Origin: Vulcanimicrobiota bacterium
GTDB taxonomy: Bacteria; Vulcanimicrobiota; Vulcanimicrobiia; Vulcanimicrobiales; Vulcanimicrobiaceae
Direction of reading: 5' to 3'
Length of the DNA stretch: 64,000 bases
Assembly: GCA_963777315.1 (NCBI GenBank)
Contig: CAVZQC010000004.1
Coordinates: 32,001 to 96,000, forward strand
The notes under the pieces: model-generated
The model's input: the letters and a program-made list of their open reading frames with translations, nothing else
Told to the model about the DNA's origin: nothing
The model's database searches: none
In this document: piece after piece, positions 39,629 to 48,301 of the stretch
Layout: each line of letters begins with the position of its first letter
How positions within the stretch are numbered: the stretch's first letter is position 1
Translations under genes and position numbers: made by a program

Positions 39629-41124
39629 GCGCCATCGCGATCGACGTCGGCTCCCCCGCTGCGTCGACGGGCGCCCAATTGCGTGTCGCGCGAACGGTCA
39701 TGTGGACGTACATCGGCACGGGTTTGGCGATCTTTTTGCTGATGATGCTGCTCGGAATCGTCATGCGGGCCGAACAAGCGGGATGGATCGCGCTGGACCC
39801 GGGCTGGTTCTACGCGCTGCTGAGCCTGCACGGCATTGGTATGGTCACCGCCATGGCGATCGCCGGCTTAGGGACGTTGTGGTACCTCGTGCGCCGTGAA
39901 ACGGCCATCGATCCGCACATCGCGTATCTTGCGTACGGCTTTTTCTTAGCGGGCGTCGTGTGCGTGATCGTCAGCGTGTTCCCAGGCAAATTCGGATCGC
40001 TGTGGACGATGCTGTACCCGCTGCCCTTCGTGGGAACGTTCTGGCCGAGTTGGGCAACCGGCACCTGGCTGGTCGGCAACGCGCTGGTGATGATCGGTTT
40101 CATGGTGTGGTGCGCGCAGATCCTGGGCGCGCTGCTCGCGCGCTACGGCGGCATACAAGGCGTGCTGGGAATCGACTACGTCTTTGCCGGCCGCAAGTTT
40201 GCGGCACAGCGCCGGGAACCGCCGCCGCCGCAAATGTTCGCGGCTGCGATTACGGCCATCGACGGAATCATCGGCAGCACCTTCGGCTTAGCCGTCGGCG
40301 TGGGCATGCTGGTTCACTGGATCGATCCGTCGGTTGCGATCGATCCCTTATGGGCCAAGAATCTGATCTACCAGTTCGGGCATACGTTTGCCAATCTGAC
40401 GATGTACATGGCGGTCGCCGGCGTATACGTGGGCCTGCCGCTGTGCACGAAGCGCGAATATCACACGTCCGTGCCGCTGGTGATTGCGTGGTGGGGCACG
40501 CTGATCTTCGTAATCATCGCGTACTTTCACCACCTGTACATGGATTTCGCGCAAGCCGTAACCGTGCAGTTCATCGGCGAAATCGCCTCATACTTGGCGG
40601 CCATTCCGGTGGTTGTCGTAACGGTGTTTTCGGGCGCAATGCTCGTTCATCGCTCGGGCATGCGCTGGAGCTTGGGCTCGATGTTCCTCTATGCGGGGAT
40701 GATCGGATGGGTCGTCGGAGGCACGGCCGCCGTGCTCGACGCAACCATTCCCGTCAATCTGGATTTGCACAACACGCTGTGGGTGCCCGGACACTTCCAC
40801 ACGTACCTGCTGCAAGGCGTCCTGCTGTTTACGATCGGCTGGGCCTTTGTGAACTTGGAGCAGCGCAGCGGCGAGCTGTCGTCGCCGGCAACACGTTGGC
40901 TGGTGGGCAGCGCCATTTTCGGCGGCGCCGCGCTATTTTTAATCTCGTTCTATATCGCCGGCGCCGAAGGCGTTCCGCGCCGGTATGCCGTCGAACCGGG
41001 CAGCGGTCCGGCATTTGCCGGCATCGCGACGATCGGTGCGCTGATTTTGCTCGTCGGCTTGATTTTGGCCGCCGTCGAAGCGGCGCGCTTGCGGCGGCTT
41101 CCCGCGATCTCCGAGGCGGCATGA
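39625..41124 (+). CDS. Heme-copper superfamily subunit I, probable sNOR-type nitric oxide reductase
   Basis: Six His ligands (SLHG, FGH, FHHL, GHFH); helix VI reads HTFAN rather than HPxVY. Confidence 0.8.
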   Translation: MSAIAIDVGSPAASTGAQLRVARTVMWTYIGTGLAIFLLMMLLGIVMRAEQAGWIALDPGWFYALLSLHGIGMVTAMAIAGLGTLWYLVRRETAIDPHIAYLAYGFFLAGVVCVIVSVFPGKFGSLWTMLYPLPFVGTFWPSWATGTWLVGNALVMIGFMVWCAQILGALLARYGGIQGVLGIDYVFAGRKFAAQRREPPPPQMFAAAITAIDGIIGSTFGLAVGVGMLVHWIDPSVAIDPLWAKNLIYQFGHTFANLTMYMAVAGVYVGLPLCTKREYHTSVPLVIAWWGTLIFVIIAYFHHLYMDFAQAVTVQFIGEIASYLAAIPVVVVTVFSGAMLVHRSGMRWSLGSMFLYAGMIGWVVGGTAAVLDATIPVNLDLHNTLWVPGHFHTYLLQGVLLFTIGWAFVNLEQRSGELSSPATRWLVGSAIFGGAALFLISFYIAGAEGVPRRYAVEPGSGPAFAGIATIGALILLVGLILAAVEAARLRRLPAISEAA

Positions 41125-41855
41125 AGCGCCGCGCGCTGGGCGGCATCGTGCTGGGTTTGACGATCCTCTTTGCGCTGGCTCCGGTGTATCGCGGACAAGC
41201 GGAGATTCCGGTTCGCGTGCACCATCTGCTGCATGCGGTCGTTCTCATCGGCGCCGCGCTCTCCGGTTTGCTCATCGCGCAGCCGCGAATTTCGGCGCCG
41301 TCGCGAATGCGAACGGCATGGCTCGTCCTGTGTGTGGTTGCGCCGATGCTTGCCATGCTGTTGATGTGGCCGTCTGAGTATTCACCGCTGGAAAAGCTTC
41401 CGGCGGCGCATACCGCCGAACACTTGGGGCTGGTAGTGTTCGGGTTTCTCACGGCGTATGCCGGCCAGCAGTACGCAGCCGGCGTAGGAACCGCGATGTC
41501 GCTGAGCTTATGGGCGATGGCGTTCCTGGCTGCGTGGGGTTTCGGCGTAAGCCCGCCGCTGCGCATCCCTGCCGCAGCCGCCGAAGCTGCGCCGGCCGCT
41601 GCGCCGGCGCCCGCAGCTGCGGGCAACGCGGCACACGGCGCAGCGATCTTTGCGCAGAATTGCTCGGCTTGTCACGGTGCGCACGGCCAGGGCGGCATGG
41701 GGCCGTCCCTTATCGGTGAGAGCTCGCGCAAGAATCTACAGCAGGCGGTGGAGTGGATCGAAAATCCGCAGCCTCCGATGCCCAAGCTGTTTCCGGGCAC
41801 GATCAGCGCTCGAGACGTGCGCGACGTCGCCGCCTATGTGGAATCGCTGAAGTAG
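41121..41855 (+). CDS. His-rich membrane domain fused to class I cytochrome c
   Basis: HHLLH and HTAEH in TM domain; Ala/Pro linker; CSACH and PPMP. Confidence 0.8.
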   Translation: MKRRALGGIVLGLTILFALAPVYRGQAEIPVRVHHLLHAVVLIGAALSGLLIAQPRISAPSRMRTAWLVLCVVAPMLAMLLMWPSEYSPLEKLPAAHTAEHLGLVVFGFLTAYAGQQYAAGVGTAMSLSLWAMAFLAAWGFGVSPPLRIPAAAAEAAPAAAPAPAAAGNAAHGAAIFAQNCSACHGAHGQGGMGPSLIGESSRKNLQQAVEWIENPQPPMPKLFPGTISARDVRDVAAYVESLK

Positions 41856-41875
41856 GGCTTCGATAGTTCTCCTCC

Positions 41876-42226
41876 GTGGCGATGCACCGAAGCGCGCGCG
41901 TAGTAAAAGCGCACAATGCCCGGCCGGGCCCCGTGCTCGAGTTGGAGCGCGGACAAACGGTTGGCGTCGGCCGGCGGGACGATCGATGGCCGCAGTTTAT
42001 TTGGTGCGTAGCGAAGGGCGTCGGCGGGTGGACCCCGGAACGATACCTGCGCGTTACCGGCGCGCAAGCAACGGTGAAACAACGGTATACGAGCCGAGAA
42101 CTTTCGGTTTCGCTCGGCGATCTGGTCAGGATCGAGAAGCGAATAGGAGGTTGGAGCTTCGGCCAGCGCGGGGACGGCGCCGGCGGATGGATCCCCGACG
42201 AATGTCTCGACTTCTCCTCAGTCTGA
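41876..42226 (+). CDS. Tandem SH3-like domain protein
   Basis: Two repeats ending GWTPERYL and GWIPDECL; ELSVSLGD. Confidence 0.7.
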   Translation: MAMHRSARVVKAHNARPGPVLELERGQTVGVGRRDDRWPQFIWCVAKGVGGWTPERYLRVTGAQATVKQRYTSRELSVSLGDLVRIEKRIGGWSFGQRGDGAGGWIPDECLDFSSV

Positions 42227-42613
42227 ACGGCGCTGCGATGAATGCCGCGACACGAGCCGCTCGAACACTTCCTGCAGCACTACGGCTTGGTTGTGTTCGG
42301 TGTCCTTGGCGCTGTAAACCAACGTGATTGCGGGCGCGCCTTCGGCCTGGTCGACGATCTGCGCGATCTTCGTTTGAACCGCGCCGGCCTTTAACTCCGC
42401 AAGATACCGCTTGTGAAATTCACTCCAGCGGCTGGGATCGTGGCCGAACCACTGGCGCAGCTTGGTACTGGGAGCGATGTCCTTGGCCCACAGCTTAACG
42501 TGCAAGTCCTCCTTGCGAACGCCGCGGGGCCACATACGATCGACGAGCACGCGAAAGCCGTCGGCTCTTTTGGGCGCATCGTACGCGCGCTTAATGTGAA
42601 TTTCGGGCCTCAT
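42218..42613 (-). CDS. DUF488 (YeaO-like) protein
   Basis: IKRAY, RVLVDRMWPRG, APSTKLRQWFGHD, HNQAVVL; GGAGG upstream. Confidence 0.9.
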   Translation of the reverse strand: MRPEIHIKRAYDAPKRADGFRVLVDRMWPRGVRKEDLHVKLWAKDIAPSTKLRQWFGHDPSRWSEFHKRYLAELKAGAVQTKIAQIVDQAEGAPAITLVYSAKDTEHNQAVVLQEVFERLVSRHSSQRRSD

Positions 42614-42715
42614 ATTTGCTACCTCCATCACTCACGCCCTCGCTCGTAAAGAAACGGCTAACCGGGTTCACTTCGCCGGCCGCGGGTCGATATGTGAGGG
42701 CGAGAGGTATCGCAC

Positions 42716-42856
42716 ATGTCTTTATTGCCCCAATTTCCCTCGTTGCTTTCCGCTCTTCGCGCCGGCTACCAGGTATATGACAAAACGCCCGACGGCTACC
42801 TGGTTCGCACGCGCACCGCGACAGGGTGGGCGGTCGCAATGGTGAACTGCCGATAG
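42716..42856 (+). CDS. Small hypothetical protein (46 aa), absent from the ORF track
   Basis: MSLLPQFPSLLSALRAGYQVYDKTPDGYLVRTRTATGWAVAMVNCR*; GAGAGG RBS. Confidence 0.6.
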   Translation: MSLLPQFPSLLSALRAGYQVYDKTPDGYLVRTRTATGWAVAMVNCR

Positions 42857-42938
42857 GCGGTACGCGCCCAAACACTTCAAGGCCGCGCAACGAGCGCGGC
42901 CTTTTTGCGTCACTTGAAGGCCGATCGAAAACGGACGA

Positions 42939-43472
42939 ATGCCGACCATTGAAACGCCCCGCCTCTTGCTGCGCAGCTGGAACGACGACGACGTTCGCGC
43001 ATGGGCGCAAATGAACGCGGATCCGCGCGTCATGGAATACTTTCCGGGAACGCAGCAGCCCCAACGCTCGATGCAAGCTGCGTCGGTGCTGCGCGAAGAG
43101 CTGGAACGTGCAGGCTACGGCTGGTTTGTCGCCGAGGTCAAAGGTCGCATTCCGTTTGCGGGCGCGATAGCATTGCAGCCCGTGCCGTTCGAGGCTCCGT
43201 TCACGCCTGCCAACGAAATCGGCTGGCGCTTTGTCGCCCATGCGTGGGGCAACGGCTATGCGACCGAAGCGGCCGCGGCTGCCCTGCACTACGCATTCGA
43301 TCGCTTGGGCTGGACGCAGGTCGTTGCCATGACGGCCGAGATCAATCTGCGCTCCCGGCGCGTCATGGAGCGTTTAGGCATGACGCACGATCCGAACGAC
43401 GATTTCGATCATCCCCGGCTCGAGCGCGGACATCGTTTGCGCCGGCACGTACTTTACCGCGCTCTGCGCTAG
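42939..43472 (+). CDS. GNAT (RimJ/RimL-type) N-acetyltransferase
   Basis: ETPRLLLR, EIGWR, WGNGYATEAA, NLRSRRVMERLGM. Confidence 0.9.
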   Translation: MPTIETPRLLLRSWNDDDVRAWAQMNADPRVMEYFPGTQQPQRSMQAASVLREELERAGYGWFVAEVKGRIPFAGAIALQPVPFEAPFTPANEIGWRFVAHAWGNGYATEAAAAALHYAFDRLGWTQVVAMTAEINLRSRRVMERLGMTHDPNDDFDHPRLERGHRLRRHVLYRALR

Positions 43473-43966
43473 CGTTCAAGCAGCTTCTCCATGGCGACGA
43501 CGTCGACGTAGCGCCCATCCAAAATTCCGTGCTCCTTGAATACGCCGACTCGAGCGAAACCGGCTTTGCGGTACAGACGCTTTCCATGCTCGTTGGCGTC
43601 CAGCGCGTGCAGCACGATTTTGTGAAATCCCGCGGCCCCCGCCCTGCGGACGAGTTCGGTCAACAGTGCCGTCCCCACGCCGCGGCCGCGCTGCGCGCGC
43701 GCCACGTAGACTGACGCATCGGCAATTCCTCCGTGAGCGCACCGCTGTGAAAAGCGGTTGAGCGAAGCCCATCCAACGACTTCGTCTGCTTGGAGCGCAA
43801 TCAAGACGACGTAGCGTTCGTCATGCTGAGCCCACCAGGCGGCCATATCGTCGAGCGAGCGCGGATCCGCTTCCAGGGTGGCGACGCGATCCGCGATACC
43901 TTCGTTGTAGATGCGGCGTACCGCATCGAGATTGCCGGCAGCCGCACCGCGAACGGTAAGGGGCAC
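43469..43966 (-). CDS. GNAT phosphinothricin/ArsN1-like N-acetyltransferase
   Basis: IYNEGI, ATLE, SVYV, RGRGVG, GF..VG, DVVAMEKLL. Confidence 0.85.
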   Translation of the reverse strand: MPLTVRGAAAGNLDAVRRIYNEGIADRVATLEADPRSLDDMAAWWAQHDERYVVLIALQADEVVGWASLNRFSQRCAHGGIADASVYVARAQRGRGVGTALLTELVRRAGAAGFHKIVLHALDANEHGKRLYRKAGFARVGVFKEHGILDGRYVDVVAMEKLLER

Positions 43967-45934
43967 CTAAAAGTTTGTTACGAAGTTCGCTAAACCAAAC
44001 GCGAGAAACAACCAGATCCCATAAATCGCGGCCAGTCCCACGACGATCTCGCCGATTCGCACCAACCACCCGCCGGGACCGTGGACTAGGCGCAAAACGG
44101 TTTCCGCAACCATAGCTATGCCGCCGATGATTGCTACTACACCGACTGCGTAGAGCACGTCGGCCTTAAAAACCAATGACGGCTGGAGCAGCGCATTTTC
44201 GTTGGAGAGCAATGCTGCCCACCCGGCGAGCGCGAGCAAGAACGCGATCGCGCCAATGCGCGCTGCCAGATGAATCCAGCGCTCGTAGCCGGCCAGCTCG
44301 AGCCGCAGGTGCAAGCGCCGTCGCGCAATCCATCCGCCCAGGCGAATCAGCAGTGAAACCACCAGCACGGCGATGAAGAGCAGCAGCAGCGTTTTGAGCG
44401 ATCCCAACGCTTTTAGCCCGTTGACTCGCTGGTAGATGAAGACCGGTTCGAAGTCGTCGGTGGTCCACGACAAGATCCGTCCGTCCGGAGCGGCAGTAAA
44501 CTTCAGATGAGTTTGGCCGTTGACTTGCCGGTAGTAGAGCGGACCAACTTCCCGCCAGCGAAGCGGGCTGCCGGCCGGATCGAGCAGCATGCTCACCTCG
44601 AGCGTGCCGTCGTGCTGCGCCGAAACGCTCGCTTGTCCCAGCGCGAAAACCAAACCGAGCGCGCGCTCCTCGCGGCGGCTGCTCTCGTACCACCCTGCAA
44701 CTCTTCGCGCGTCGGGCTGCGGATTGGCGACGGTGCGTTCGGCGGGCGGAGTAAACGGAAAATAGCGATCGAGAAATGCGCGGAAAACCTGCGTGCGAAC
44801 CTGTTCCACCGCGCCCGCTTTGCCGGCGCTGTTGAAGGACATGAAGACGCCGATGTGCTTGCGGGGAAGAAGGTGAAGGTCGCTATGAAACACGTTGGTG
44901 TCGCCGGCGTGCCCGACGATCGTTTGCCCGTTGCGGTTTTCTTGATAAAAACCGAGATCGAATCCGTTCATGCCGGGTGCGGGAGCCACTTGCAGCGTGA
45001 ACATCTGCGAAATAGTCGCGGGTCTGAGGATGCGCGCGCCATCGAAGCTTCCGCCGCCTAAGTACGCGATCATGAAATGTGCCATGTCGGTCGCCGTCGT
45101 GGAGGCGGCGCCTGCAGGCGCAGGCTCGACCAGTTCGAACGGCACGGGCTTCGCACTTGACGCGGTGACGTAGCCGCTTGCCATGGCCGCGACGAGATTC
45201 GCCGGCAGCGGCTGCACGAACGTCGTGTGGCGCATGCGTAACGGAACCAGAATGTGGCGTTCGACGTACTGATCGAACGGCTCGCCGGAGACGCGTTGGA
45301 CGATGTAACCGGCTAGTGCTGCTCCGTAGTTCGAGTATGCGATCACCTTTCCGGGCGGAAAGATCCGATCCGGCATTCGCCTGATGAGATACTCGCGCAA
45401 CGGGTAGAGCCGGCTCTTGTCCTTGAAAATGAGATCTCGAACGACTTCCGCGAAGCCGCCGGTGTGCGTCATGAGGTTGCGCAGCGTAATGGGCTTGCCG
45501 TACTTCGGCGGAATTGTGAAATCGAGGTAGGCATTCACGTCCGTGTCGAGATTGAGTTTCCCGGCTTGGACGAGCTGCATGACCGCGGTCCACGTGAAAA
45601 CCTTCGAAACCGATCCCGGGCGAAACAGCGTTGCGTCCGGAACGACCGGCGAGCGCTTTGCAACGTTCGCGTATCCGTAACCTTTGGCAAGGACGATCCG
45701 GCCGTCCTCGACGACGACGATTACCCCGCCCGCGATGTCGCCTCGCTGGATGGCATACGGCACCAGGCCGTCGAGGAACGCGTCGAGGTCGCGCGCCGTC
45801 AGCGCTGCGGGCGTCGCGTGCGCCGGCGCGGCTTGAGCCTGCGATACGGGCGCGGGGGGCGGTCCAACGGCACGATGAACGGCGCTCTGCAAAAGGCCCG
45901 AGAGCGCCAGCAGCGGCCAAACCGAACGGATCAT
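43967..45934 (-). CDS. Beta-lactamase-family serine hydrolase with C-terminal TM helices
   Basis: GSVSK (SxxK), YSN, HAG; signal peptide; C-terminal hydrophobic helices. Confidence 0.9.
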   Translation of the reverse strand: MIRSVWPLLALSGLLQSAVHRAVGPPPAPVSQAQAAPAHATPAALTARDLDAFLDGLVPYAIQRGDIAGGVIVVVEDGRIVLAKGYGYANVAKRSPVVPDATLFRPGSVSKVFTWTAVMQLVQAGKLNLDTDVNAYLDFTIPPKYGKPITLRNLMTHTGGFAEVVRDLIFKDKSRLYPLREYLIRRMPDRIFPPGKVIAYSNYGAALAGYIVQRVSGEPFDQYVERHILVPLRMRHTTFVQPLPANLVAAMASGYVTASSAKPVPFELVEPAPAGAASTTATDMAHFMIAYLGGGSFDGARILRPATISQMFTLQVAPAPGMNGFDLGFYQENRNGQTIVGHAGDTNVFHSDLHLLPRKHIGVFMSFNSAGKAGAVEQVRTQVFRAFLDRYFPFTPPAERTVANPQPDARRVAGWYESSRREERALGLVFALGQASVSAQHDGTLEVSMLLDPAGSPLRWREVGPLYYRQVNGQTHLKFTAAPDGRILSWTTDDFEPVFIYQRVNGLKALGSLKTLLLLFIAVLVVSLLIRLGGWIARRRLHLRLELAGYERWIHLAARIGAIAFLLALAGWAALLSNENALLQPSLVFKADVLYAVGVVAIIGGIAMVAETVLRLVHGPGGWLVRIGEIVVGLAAIYGIWLFLAFGLANFVTNF

Positions 45935-45972
45935 CAGCTCTGTAAATCGCGAACCGCCGCGGCCGTTCCTTC

Positions 45973-45996
45973 AAAAAATCGCCGAGCGCGGTGATA
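45973..45996 (-). terminator. Probable intrinsic terminator of hppA
   Basis: Minus strand ATCACCG-cgct-CGGCGAT followed by a T run, just after the hppA stop. Confidence 0.6.
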
Positions 45997-46006
45997 TTTT
46001 GGCTGT

Positions 46007-48142
46007 CTAGTGCACCAAAGCCGCCACCAGCAGCAGCGCCACGATGTTGAGCACCTTGATCATCGGATTGATCGCGGGGCCCGCCGTATCTTTATAGGGA
46101 TCGCCGACCGTGTCGCCGGTGACGGCGGCTTTGTGCGCGTCCGAACCTTTGCCGCCGTTGTGGCCGTCCTCGATATACTTTTTCGCATTGTCCCACGCGC
46201 CGCCGCCGCTGGTCATCGCGATCGCCAAGAACAGGCCGGTCACGATCGCGCCCATCAATATGCCGCCCATCACCTGCGCGCTGGAAATGCCCGGCAGTAC
46301 GTGAATCGCGCCCAGAATGACGATGATGACCGGAACGCCTACGGGAATCAGTGCGGGCAGCACCATCTCCTTGAGCGCCGCGCGCGTAACGATGTCGACC
46401 GTGGACGCATAGTCCGGTCGCGCCGTTCCGGCCATGATGCCGGGATTGCTTTTGAACTGCATGCGCACGTTTTCCACCACCTTGCCGCCCGCGCGTCCCA
46501 CCGCTTCCATCGAAAGCGAAGAGAAGAAGAACGGCAATAGGCCGCCGATCAGCAGTCCGGCGAGGACGTACGGGTTTTCGATGCTGAACAATCCGCTCGT
46601 CACCACGCACCCTGCAACTGCGCCGCACCGGTCGGTGAGCTCTTGCGAGAACGACGCAAACAGCACGATCGCAGCCAGACCCGCAGAACCGATCGCATAG
46701 CCTTTGGTAACGGCTTTGGTCGTGTTGCCGACCGCATCGAGCGGATCCGTTACGCCGCGAACTTCGGCCGGAAGGTCGGCCATTTCTGCAATGCCGCCCG
46801 CGTTGTCCGTGATCGGCCCGAACGAATCGATCGCGACGATGATGCCCGCCATTGAAAGCATCGCCATGACGGCAATGCCCACGCCGTAGAGGCCGACCAG
46901 CGCGTATGACGCCAGAATGCCGAACACGATCGCCAGCCCGGGCAGCGCGGTGGCCTGCATCGAAACCGCCAGACCGCTGATGATATTGGTAGCATGTCCG
47001 GTGATCGAAGCGTCGGCGATGCGCCGTACCGGTGAATATTGCGTGCCGGTATAATACTCGGTGATCCAGGTGATCAGGCCGGTCACTGCCAGACCGATGA
47101 TCGCGCACGCCCAAATGTGCAGCGGCAAAACGGTGTGAGCGGCAGCGCCGGTACCGACTGTAATGCCCGCGTCGCCGAATTCTTTGATCGTGACCCAATA
47201 GAACACGCCGGCCGAAATGATTCCGGCCACGCCCAATCCCACGTACAGCGAGCTCATGATCCTGCTGCGGTCGATCTTGCCGATTCCCACGAAGAGCGTG
47301 CCGATGATCGAAGCGATGATCGAAACGGCGCCGAGCACGATCGGAAACGTCGTCGAGCCGCCGACCCGGCCCAGCAGCAGATTGCCCAGCAGCATCGCCG
47401 CTACCGTCGTGACGACGTACGTTTCGAACAAATCCGCGGCCATGCCGGCGCAGTCGCCGACGTTGTCGCCGACGTTGTCTGCGATTACTGCGGGATTGCG
47501 CGGATCGTCTTCGGGGATTCCGGCCTCGACTTTGCCGACCAGGTCCGCCCCGACGTCGGCGGCTTTGGTGTAGATGCCGCCGCCCAAACGAGCGAACACG
47601 GAGATCAGCGAACACCCAAACGCCAGCCCGACCATTGCGTTGAGCGATTTTGCCGCATCGCCCGCATTGACGGCAAGAAGGATCCAGTAGTATCCCGCTA
47701 CGGCGATGATCCCCAAGCCCACGACCAGCAGCCCCGTGATGGCGCCGCCACGAAAGGCGGTGTGCAACGCGGGACTCAAGCCGCCGCGCGCCGCTTCGGC
47801 GGTGCGCACGTTCGCGCGCACCGAGATCGTCATGCCGATGAACCCTGCGGCGCCCGAAAGAATCGCTCCGATCAAAAACCCGACCCCGGGCTGCCACCCG
47901 AGGCCGACGGCGATGACGATGAAAAGTGCGACGGCAACCAGGCCGATCGTCATGTATTGACGGCGCAAAAACGCCATCGCGCCCTCTTGGATCGCCCCGG
48001 CGATTTCCTGCATCCGGGCGTTCCCCGGCGAAAGGCGCATGATCCAGCTTATAAGGTACAGGCCGTACAGAATGGCGACCACGCCGGCTCCCAAGCCCAA
48101 ATAAATAGCGACGTAGGTGCCAATCCCACTCACAGAGCTCAT
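46007..48142 (-). CDS. hppA: Membrane-bound proton-translocating pyrophosphatase, K+-independent type
   Basis: [34 protein letters not shown] (Lys variant), [10 protein letters not shown]. Confidence 0.95.
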   Translation of the reverse strand: MSSVSGIGTYVAIYLGLGAGVVAILYGLYLISWIMRLSPGNARMQEIAGAIQEGAMAFLRRQYMTIGLVAVALFIVIAVGLGWQPGVGFLIGAILSGAAGFIGMTISVRANVRTAEAARGGLSPALHTAFRGGAITGLLVVGLGIIAVAGYYWILLAVNAGDAAKSLNAMVGLAFGCSLISVFARLGGGIYTKAADVGADLVGKVEAGIPEDDPRNPAVIADNVGDNVGDCAGMAADLFETYVVTTVAAMLLGNLLLGRVGGSTTFPIVLGAVSIIASIIGTLFVGIGKIDRSRIMSSLYVGLGVAGIISAGVFYWVTIKEFGDAGITVGTGAAAHTVLPLHIWACAIIGLAVTGLITWITEYYTGTQYSPVRRIADASITGHATNIISGLAVSMQATALPGLAIVFGILASYALVGLYGVGIAVMAMLSMAGIIVAIDSFGPITDNAGGIAEMADLPAEVRGVTDPLDAVGNTTKAVTKGYAIGSAGLAAIVLFASFSQELTDRCGAVAGCVVTSGLFSIENPYVLAGLLIGGLLPFFFSSLSMEAVGRAGGKVVENVRMQFKSNPGIMAGTARPDYASTVDIVTRAALKEMVLPALIPVGVPVIIVILGAIHVLPGISSAQVMGGILMGAIVTGLFLAIAMTSGGGAWDNAKKYIEDGHNGGKGSDAHKAAVTGDTVGDPYKDTAGPAINPMIKVLNIVALLLVAALVH

Positions 48143-48301
48143 TCGATTCCTTACGGGTAAGTGCAGTAAATAGCCCGCCTACCCGGTCGGGGTGCTTGGC
48201 GAGCGCGCTGGTCGCTCGGATTGCCCCAGACCGGGACGCCTTCCTGCTGCGTGCTCGCAGGCTTTTCGAAACATTCGACACCACGGTCTCGTACACGACG
48301 C

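Noticed and set aside
39960..41855. 631-aa cytochrome c ORF
   Set aside because: N-terminal part is an off-frame overlap of subunit I; the plausible start is the ATG at 41121
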